A stretch of 62,916 nt of DNA, the filler included, from Octopus bimaculoides (taxonomy: Eukaryota): assembly GCF_001194135.2 (NCBI RefSeq). It is 6 parts of 6 records of this genome, joined end to end, with 100 filler letters (N's around TTAATTAATTAA, not from the genome) between each part and the next. Parts side by side here need not be neighbours in the genome. Positions count along the whole stretch, not along the records: positions 50,009 to 56,435 come from NC_069008.1; positions 56,536 to 62,916 come from NC_068985.1; 4 more parts are not named here. One strand, given 5' to 3'. Both the position numbers and the translations under genes were made by a program. Positions 53,641 through 62,916 of the stretch are shown one piece after another. Numbering within the stretch: position 1 is the first letter of the stretch; each line of letters opens with the position of its first letter. The notes under the pieces are model-generated. The model saw nothing but the letters and a program-made list of their open reading frames with translations. It made no database searches and was not told where the DNA came from.

Positions 53641-53678
<38 letters not shown>

Positions 53679-53750
53679 ACACTCACAGGCATGTATATAT
53701 ATAAACACATTGATTACAAGGAAACGGTTGACAGTGACTTCGAAGTGTTA

Positions 53751-53795
53751 GTTTAGTCTGATGACAGCTAGTAAACCGGAACTTCGAAGTCACTG
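53751..53795 (+). ncRNA. Decayed minimal hammerhead-like motif inside a 21-bp inverted repeat
   Basis: CTGATGA at 53758-53764, GGAAC instead of GAAAC, stem III AC-TTCGAA-GT with palindromic loop, GUC triplet. Stem II is broken. Confidence 0.4.
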
Positions 53796-54577
53796 TCGAC
53801 CTTTTGCTATTAAAAAATATGGTACTCCACTAAAAAGTATCGAGTGGCTCCTTAATTTAATATAAGACTTTACACAGCAGAGATATACAGATAGATAGAT
53901 AGGTAGATAGATAGATAGATAAAGATTTGGCTGTTATTTCTAGCAGGTTGTGTGGTTGGCATGCAAACACAAACGTTGTCGTTGTTGTTGTTTAACCACA
54001 GGTCAACCCACTCGAACCAACTCGCGGCCAAAGAGCAATTCCTACCCTGGTAATCTCGTTTTTGCCCTCTCAGGTTCCATCCAGATTATCCCTAATGGCA
54101 CCCCACCCGTTTTCAAGAGGGCACGGTGGTAAACGTGAGGGGGGAAAAATCTGGTTGCTCTTTCGTGTACGCCAAACGACCACATACACGAACGGCTACC
54201 ACAAACACAAACATACGTCGTTATTGTTGCTGGATTCCAGCTCCATTCTCATCGAGCTGACCAATGATCACGACATTCCAACCGTGACCATCCTATGCAG
54301 CAATGTCAACACCATATTAGCCAACATGTCCATTCTTTTTTATTTTTCTCTCTGGAAGACGTGATGTGAGCGAGATCTTGGCTGCTGTTTCTAGCAAACT
54401 GAACGACCACTTAGAGGCTCCCTGCTACTACGTGTCCATAATGAAGCATATGAGAATATATATATATATAAAGGCTACGAACTAATTAACAAGAAGCGAG
54501 AGGATATAACACAGTTCATTCAGGTAGTCAAAAATATAAATTCATTACATTAAAAAATGTAAATAATAAACTATTAT

Positions 54578-54958
54578 CAGGAGTGGCTGTGTGGTAAGTA
54601 GATTGCTTATCAACCACATGGTTCAGGGTTCAGTCCCACTGCGTGGCCCTTTGGGCAAGTGTCTTCTACTATAGCCTCGGGCCGACCAAAGCCTTGTGAG
54701 TGGATTTGGTAGACGGAAGCTGAAAGAAGCCCGTTGTATATATGCGCGCGTGTGTGTGTCTGTGTTTGTCCCCCACCATCGCTTGGCAACCGATGTTGGT
54801 GTGTTCACGTCCCCCGTAACTTAGCGGTTCGGCAAAAAGAGACCGATAGAATAAGTACTAGGCTTACAAAGAATAAGCTCTGGGGTCGATTCCCTCGACT
54901 AAAGGCGGTGCTCCAGCATGGCCGCAGTCAAATGACTGAAACAAGTAAAAGAGTAAAG
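54578..54958 (+). mobile_element. SINE family A, full length
   Basis: Complete head, body and tail gtaaaagagtaaagag. Confidence 0.92.
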
Positions 54959-55590
54959 AGCTGGCAAAATCGTTAAGCCGGACAAAATACTAAGCGCCAT
55001 TCATTCCGGCCCTTTACGCTCTGAGTTCAAATTCCGTCGAAGTCGACTCTACCTTTCATCCTTTCGGGGTCGATAAAATAAGTACCAGTCGACTCATTAG
55101 GGTCGATGTAATCGACTAACCCCCAACCTTTAAGATTGCTAGCCTCGTGCCAGTATTTGAAATAAATGTTAAACGAGCAGACAGAATCGTTAGCGCGTCG
55201 AACAAAATGTCATGCCGTATATATACTTTTTACCGGCTCTTTACGGCTCTTAGTTTGAAATCCCGCCGAGGTCAACTCTGCCTTTCATCTTTTCCAGGTC
55301 GATCAACATCATCGACCGACTTCATTCCACAAAACTTGCTTGCTTGTCTTTAAATTAGAACAATAAAGTGGCGAGCTGGTAGTTACAGTCGTTGTTAGCA
55401 CGCCGGTCTAAATACTTAGCATCATTTCGACCGGCTCTTTCTTTACCTTGTGAGTTCAAATGCCGCCGCGGCTGACTTTGCCTTTCATCCTCTCGGGATT
55501 GATAAAATAAGTACCAGTTAAGAACAGGGTGTCGATGTTATCGACTTTATCCCTTGCCCCGAAATTGCTAGCTTTGTACAAAAATTTGGA
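54959..55590 (+). mobile_element. Three head-to-tail SINE family B copies
   Basis: Heads at about 54959, 55175 and 55365, each with B-box (g/a)gttcaaat/gtttgaaat and a cctttcatc core. Confidence 0.8.
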
Positions 55591-55929
55591 AGTTATTTTA
55601 TTATTTGAAACCATTATTATTATTATTATTATCATTACTACTACTATTATTATTAGTAATAATAATAAACCCCATTTCTTCTTGCTGAGAAACAGAGTCA
55701 GGGGGGAGGTATCGATAAAATAAAGTACCACCGATCAAGTACTGAAGTTGTCAATGGGATTATAACAAACAAGTTGGTTACCCTGGCCTGAAATTCATAA
55801 CTGTCGGTGTTTATGTGTCTATATTTCAAAAGGGCGGTAGAAATTAGTATCATGAACATTATTTAACATTCATATCCGCATCTGTAGATTCGGATTAACA
55901 CACACACATACATAGATACATATAGTTTG

Positions 55930-56180
55930 GTCCCCGTGCCATCATCCATCCTCTACGAGAAACCATGCTCGCGTCACATCACAACACCAAGACAGGAGTA
56001 TTTTTCACCTCTACTGGCCCTGCTCTTTTTTTCATATCAAGCCAAGACAAATGAAAGGAGAAAAAGATCGCATAACATTCAAACGGTTCCTGGAAGAACA
56101 TCACCAATAAATTCCAGATAAGCCACCTACACCCGGATATATATATCTAAAAACTCTTTACTTGAATGGGCTAATGGTGC
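55930..56180 (+). mobile_element. CR1/L2-like LINE 3' relic
   Basis: FKRFL...IPDKPPTPGY...NSLLEWA, similar to 45900-46215. Confidence 0.6.
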
Positions 56181-56269
56181 CCAAAGAAAGATTGTCTATG
56201 AAAACATCATTAAATGGCTTTTTTCCGGGTGGTGTCTTGAAGTTAGTTATGGCCTGGGTCAATTCTGGT

Positions 56270-56420
56270 CGAGTGGTAAGTAGCTTGCTCACCAACCACA
56301 TGGTTCCGTGTTCAGTCCCACTGCGTGGCACTTTGGGCAAGTGTCTTCTACTATAGCCTCGGGCCGACCAAAGCCTTGTGAGTGGATTTGGTAGACGGAA
56401 ACTGAAAGAAGCCCGTCGTA
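56270..56420 (+). mobile_element. SINE family A, 5' half
   Basis: Family A body ending at the microsatellite before the spacer. Confidence 0.88.
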
Positions 56421-56535
56421 CATATATGTGTGTGTNNNNNNNNNNNNNNNNNNNNNNNNNNNNNNNNNNNNNNNNNNNNTTAATTAATTAANNNNNNNNN
56501 NNNNNNNNNNNNNNNNNNNNNNNNNNNNNNNNNNN

Positions 56536-56588
<53 letters not shown>

Positions 56589-56594
56589 TCTCTC

Positions 56595-56630
<36 letters not shown>

Positions 56631-57079
56631 CAAACACACACACACATATATATGACACATGTACGTATATGTGTGTATATATAGATATGTATGCATATAA
56701 TTACATACACACACATACACAAACACACACAAACTGACACACACAGATACATGCTTACACACGCGCGCGCACACACTCACACATACACACGCACACACAT
56801 ATATCATTACATATGTGTCCGTGCTTGTGCTTCCCAAGTATAAGTACCATACTTTTTTTTATAAGAAATATAGGTACTGTGGGTCAATTTGTTCGACTAG
56901 AAACCTTTCAATGCAATGCTGCAGCATGGCGGCAGTCCAGTTACTGACGCAAGTAAAAGATAAAAAAATAATATATATATATCTTTACAATGAGTATGCC
57001 TGTGATATACATACACATTTAATAGTTGGATGACCACGCTTTCAAACGCATACATAAACATATCTGCATAGGAACAGAC

Positions 57080-57229
57080 ATAGCACTGCGGTCAGAAGCT
57101 AGCTTCTCAACTATATGATTCAGGAATCTGTTCTGCGTGGATACTTAGGCAAGTGTCTTCTACTATTGTCAACCACAATCTTGTGAGGGGATTTCGTAGA
57201 CAGAAACTGAAATGAGCCGATATATACTC

Positions 57230-57279
<50 letters not shown>

Positions 57280-57510
57280 GTGTGTGTGTGTCTGTGTGTG
57301 CGCGTGTGTGCGCTCGTGTGTATATGTGTGTGTGTTTTTGTGTTTTTGTGTCTGTGTTGTACTCCACCACCGTTTGACAACCAGTGCGGGTGTGTTGATG
57401 TCGTAACTTTGCATTCGAAAAACAGATTAATAGATTAAGTACCAGGCTTTAAAAAAAATAATAAGTAGCGGGGTCGATACTTTCTAGTGAAAAACCTTTA
57501 AAGCGTAGCT
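57080..57510 (+). mobile_element. SINE family A, diverged
   Basis: ggcaagtgtcttctactat...gaaactgaaa, internal (TG)n, ccaccgtttgacaacc. Confidence 0.7.
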
Positions 57511-57630
57511 TCAGCATAGTATGATGTCAGAAGCACGAAAAATATACAAGTTATAGTCATACACATATAAATATATGCATACATACAAGCGTCCATGCAT
57601 ACATATATACAAACATACATACGTACTTAC

Positions 57631-57661
<31 letters not shown>

Positions 57662-58559
57662 TGTATGTATGTATGTATGTATGTATGTGTATATGTATGT
57701 ATGTATGTGTATATGAACATTTATCTCGCTCCTTCATCTGCTTACCTTCTATAAAGTTAGAGAATGTTCTCTGAATTGGAATAAATGACTTAGAGATATA
57801 GAAGTAAATCATTCGAAAAATCTTAACGACGTTCTGTAAATTATACGTTCATTGTCGCCGCCGTTATGTCACGTGAAACCGATGCGGTTTTGTGCGTGAG
57901 ATTCAAATTCCTAACCTTTTTTGTGTCAGCGTTAACAATATTCGAAATCTTTATGTTGATTTTCCTTCGTGAGAGGATTAATGAATCTTTATCTGGGTGA
58001 GTTCTCTGAATTTAATTGGATTTTTCTTTCGCTTACAGAATGAATGCTGTTTTTTTTTGTTTTTTTTTTATTGTCATTTTGTTTGGATGTAAATTGTTTC
58101 GGGTATATTTTGGTAGTTTTGCATTGATTCATTGCTTCACAAATTGGTTATTTTTAGGAATTTAGTCTTCGTTGCGTCATTACACAAGAATTATTTCTAC
58201 TTGTGATCAAGTTTAATGTTTGTTTTGTCTGACTAATTTCATCTTCTTTGCAAAATCTGTAAATAATTTAAAATAAGATTATTTTCAAATATATTTAAAT
58301 ATGAGCTAGTGCCAAGAGACATGCTCTCCATTTCCTTGTGTAGGTCTGTTGCATTTCTTCACCTAGCGGTTTGATTATATTTCGTGACAGTATATTTCTT
58401 TCTTTCTTTTCTTTTTTTTTCCTTTTGTTCCTTATTTATTGTTTGTAAAGATCTGCGAGACGATATTGTACCATTGCCCCACATGTTTAAGGCATGTGTA
58501 TTCAAGTATAGCTTCAATTCATTTGACTGGGTTTAACGATTACTCACTCAGTCATGTGG

Positions 58560-59400
58560 AGAACATCCTAACTTCTCACATTATGCAATTGGGATAGGCA
58601 CCACATGCATGACAACGCCACGTATATGGAAGACCCAATATAAGCATGGTATCTCTATATACACCAAAGACAGTCACACTAGATAATTCTACGACCTATA
58701 CAATCTCTCAAGCAGTACGTTTACATACGTTATGTCCATGTGTTTATCCAAATCCCTCTCACTATTTCATGGTTGTTTTTATAAATTCTGCCAAATACCA
58801 GGCCACCAACACAAACTACATCCTTTTATTTTTTACCACTCAAACATTGCTCACCAAAACTTGCTTCTTACACAAAATACATTTTTAAATGTCTCAATCA
58901 CTACAGAAATATGATGAAGTATTCTAACACCGAAGGACCACTCGAATGATTAACACTGCATTACTAAGGGACACACTTCAGACACTGGCCCACGTGCCAG
59001 TTGTCCCTTTTCTCTTATATTTTTAATGGCCTTTTACTCTTCGGAAGTTGCTGGAGTCTTAGCTCTGTACTCAAATACCTCTTTGTCTCCGAAATATTAT
59101 CTTTTCACCTTTCATCAGCCCTAGTCCGTTCAGATCCACTCTACCTGACCCACCAACACCTATTATGCCCAACAGTTGCTTTCTAGAACCTTTGCACTCT
59201 GGACTCTCCTTCCTGTTTCTGTATTTTTTTGTATCTGTCGATCTGCAAGAGTTTATAAACAGAACATCAATTCTACCAAGTTCACAGGGACTTGCAAATA
59301 CAATGAACACTGCCCATTTCTTCAGATTCTGCCGGAAATATAACACAGAAAAGTTAGGTTCAATTATCATTTGTGTTCCATTATTCTGCGTCATAATGGG
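58560..59400 (+). mobile_element. Possible highly decayed LINE APE-endonuclease region
   Basis: Only scattered similarity: SSALVRSDPL resembling SPLGxSDH, and GISIYTK. No long open frame. Confidence 0.3.
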
Positions 59401-60644
59401 GACAGCATGACATTCGACCGTCGTAAAGCCTGGTCAGATTTTATCAATCAATGATTAATGATTCTAAAAAATGCCACCTATACATTTATGGATTTTTGTT
59501 ACGCATGTAGAAATACACATAAAATTCTTAATAAAACAAATGAAAACAATATGTAAAGAGAGTTTTTATTAAAAAGCAGAGAAAATAAGTTATCACTTGC
59601 ATCGATATATGAGTGTGCGCACAATGTATATGTAAATATCTGTATGACATTCCTACAAAGATCCTTCAAAGGAACCTCCATTTCGGCGACGTGTATTCGT
59701 TAATGATTCTTTCGGTCATTAACCAGCATTGATAAGCATATGAGAGGGTAGGCACGAAAATGTTGCTATTATATGTATACAACCCGATGTCTAATTCATT
59801 GTATATTCTCAAAGTTTCCACTCCAATTTGGCCTGGGTTCGTAATTCTATCTATCCTGATTAATATTCATTAACTTATAGATTCAAAACAACGTTTTCTT
59901 GAAAATATTGGAAAAAGTTTCATAAGTACACACGCACACGTTTCAAGATTTACCAAAATATTTTCTGAAAAATAATTCATTTGCAAAAGCACAGAAGCTG
60001 TTTGCCTAATCGGACATGTGGATGGTTCACTAAACTTACACGCGGAAACGTTGCTGTTGCTCTTGATATTTAGCTTCAAGTCGTTCTATACCAAGCGGAT
60101 ACGTGATAAAAAAAAAGCATTACATCCATCACTATGTCGTACTAGCCTCATGTAAGCCGGTGTGTTTATTGCAGTTGTTTCTACCGACTTGACCTAACAG
60201 ACATAATAAACCTTATAGCCTCATATTCATAGATTTTGTTGAAATATAGATTTAAATCGCTCTGAAACTTTTATATATATCTTCACTTACTGTTAGGGAA
60301 TAATTTTATTCTTTACGCATGCACTGCTTACTACACCACGTACAACAACATCTGATAGCTAGAAGTATCATAAAAGTATGATAATATAGATAACTGATTA
60401 GTTTTAGACTCCCTTCCATAATCTACAAAGTATCTGGAATGGAAATGTGTAAACAGTTGTTTACAAAAATGAGTTGTCCTTGGCTATTAGATTAGATAAT
60501 CACGCGAGTAAAAAGTCAACTTATATTAGTCCTAAGCATACTTACTACTCGACGATATGGTAATACTACCGAGGTTTATAAATGCCCTGAAAAGTAAGAA
60601 TGGCAGTTTAGCCCATCTAATGGCTTTTATTTTCAACAAAAATA

Positions 60645-60679
<35 letters not shown>

Positions 60680-60680
<1 letters not shown>

Positions 60681-60950
60681 CGTGAAGGTTCATGGCCTGG
60701 TGAACAGGATGTCGCACTCATGATCGTTAGATCGTGGGTTCGATTACCTGATTGGGCAGCGCGTTATGATCTTGAGCAAAAGACTTCATTTCACGTTGCT
60801 CAAGTCCTACTTTCGATCAGTGGGGAATGTTGGCCTGCTCGCCTAGCCAGCAGCGTCGTGTCACTTGAAGGCTAAAACAATGCAAAAACACATTGTGAGC
60901 AGCGTTGTTTAACAACGCTTGATAGCCTGGTCGGTCAAGTGATCACGTGA
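60680..60950 (+). mobile_element. Fourth tRNA-headed SINE family
   Basis: A-box-like tggcctggtg, B-box gggttcgattacc, central tcttgagcaaaagacttcatttcacgttgctc. Confidence 0.6.
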
Positions 60951-61233
60951 TATGTATACATTTTTAGAATCATTAATCACAGATTGATAAAATGTATGGA
61001 TGTAGATATGTATGTATGAATATATGTTTTTATGTAACGGTGATTATATAAACTGAAATTGCAAATATTAGCGAAAACGCATATAGATATACATACATAT
61101 ATATACATTGCATATATATTCAAACACAGGCATACACACATTGAAGTATATTTCTGAACAGTCACGTGCATGGGTACGCACATGCACGCGCACACACTCG
61201 CGCACACTCACAACACGCTCATACATATGCATT

Positions 61234-61269
<36 letters not shown>

Positions 61270-61277
61270 TGTGTGTA

Positions 61278-61390
61278 TAGAGAGAGCGAGGAAGAGAGAG
61301 AGGAAGAGAGAGAGAGGAAGAGAGAGAGAGGAAGAGAGAGAGAGGAAGAGAGAGAGAGGAAGAGAGAGAGAGGAAGAGAGAGAGAGACAA
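61278..61390. repeat. (GA)n-GGAA 12-14-mer purine repeat
   Basis: Read directly from the sequence. Confidence 0.9.
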
Positions 61391-62306
61391 AGAAAACGAG
61401 AAAGAGGAAGAAAGAGAGAGAGAGAGACCAAGACAGGGAGAGAGACCAACAAAGAGAGAGAGAGATGATACGATTCTGAGTCCCTAAGAGTATTTTTCAT
61501 ACCCTGAAACGTTATATATCCTAAGACTCAAGCAATGTAAAACATCTATTCAACTTAGTAGATATGACGTTTAATGTATCACAAGAAAATTAATATGTCA
61601 AATTTGAGTGAACGTGGGTATGTTAATAAAGGAATTGCAAAAGGCGACTAAAGGTCGCTGACAAGCGGAGTGATTGATCAATCCCTTTGTCAAATAATCG
61701 ATTAGTTGATTAGTTATTTAACTTACTGACTAATACTAATAATATAAAGACGAGATTATTTAATGACCTACGATGTAACGCACATACACTCATACGCACA
61801 CGCTCACACATATAGATATAGATATTACTTAGTGCAGCATGAATTACAACTAAGAGTAAATTATTATTACCAGTAAGTCGTTCCTCCGAGAATTAGTGAC
61901 ACATCTATTAGGACTTTGTTAAGTAGAAACCAGAAATGTCTTCTGCAGACGAAAAATGTACGTGCACTTTGTACATGTACTCATCACCTGAAACATTTTG
62001 GTTTGTAAAATATTTCTGAGAAATATTTTGTAACCAATTGGTAAAACTCGGAGCAGCGACTTTGTCAGTTACGTAGATTATATTAGGTGATATATATGTA
62101 TTAAAGGTCTACATATTTGCTGTTATACATCGAATATTGGTTGGATAACCATGAAGATAATATTTACCCCTGCCATTTATCAAGAAGTCTAGATGTCCGT
62201 TACAAGTCTAAAGCAACAGATCAACGGAGTTCACCTATTTTCGGTGTGGTAGAATATTTAACTCTTCATTGCTTTACCATTTGTCCAGAGGCGTGGTTTT
62301 CCTGAC

Positions 62307-62916
62307 AACAGGAAAATAAGCCATCTATTTTATATGGATGATTTAAAACTATATGGCAAAGATGATGAATAGCTTAAAGGACTATTACATACTGTGAAAT
62401 GATTCAGTAATGATATCGGGATTTATTTTGGCCTTGAAAAGTGTGCTAAAGCCACTTTTAAGAATGGGAAACTGGTAAAGCCATGTTCAATAGAATTAGA
62501 TGTCGAAACAGTAATAAAGGAACTTGAGCAGGAACAAACCTATAAAAACCTAGGAATAAATGAAGGCTCTGGTATCCAGCATGCAAGCATGAAAGAGTAG
62601 GTTAGGGAGGAATGTTATAGAAGAGTTTTGAGCAGTTCTGAAGTCTGAGCTGAATGCATATAATAAGGTGTTAGCCATAAATTCCTTAGCAGTCCCAGAT
62701 GTACTTTATAGCTTCAATGTGCTTAACTGGAATACCAGTGAAATAATGAAAATTGATAGAAAAATCCGCAAGCTACTGACTTGTAATAAGAAGCAACATC
62801 CAAAGGCAGACGTGGATCGTCTTTACCTTCCCAGAGCTCAGGGAGGTCGAGGCTTGATCCAGCTTGAACTTACGTACAAACCCACCGCAATCAAACTGGC
62901 CAAATACCTTGAAACA
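62307..62916 (+). mobile_element. R4/Dong-type (RLE) non-LTR retrotransposon RT relic, runs off the window
   Basis: ISHLFYMDDLKLY, FGLEKCAK, YKNLGI, INSLAVP-like segment, YSFNVLNW, QHPKADVDRLYLPRAQGGRGLIQLE. Several stops. Confidence 0.9.

Noticed and set aside
54578-54650. tRNA gene calls at SINE heads
   Set aside because: A and B boxes are present, but each continues into a repeated SINE body and lacks a full cloverleaf.

Overview
AT-rich, microsatellite-saturated animal genomic DNA. The SINE families and repeat load suggest a coleoid cephalopod, most likely Octopus (inference). The window is not continuous sequence. Five 100-nt spacers (44 N + TTAATTAATTAA + 44 N) join six pieces of decreasing length, so adjacency across them is probably artificial. 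One host gene is recognisable: four minus-strand coding exons of LZIC (171 codons, ungapped against the human protein as I recall it). The last of these exons ends in a GC donor, and the terminal exon and promoter are not in this piece. The LZIC piece is strongly CpG-depleted, unlike its neighbours. The rest is mobile DNA: at least four tRNA-headed SINE families, relics of RTE, CR1, R4/Dong and Penelope-like (GIY-YIG) retroelements, a mariner 3' end, and pogo- and piggyBac-type MITEs. The most interesting signal is a set of short non-coding units carrying type I hammerhead-ribozyme folds. There are three well-formed ones with non-standard core positions and one decayed one, each associated with inverted repeats. 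One Penelope-like copy also shows a twin-priming-type 5' inversion. Nearly all ORFs in the supplied track are microsatellite or N-gap artefacts.
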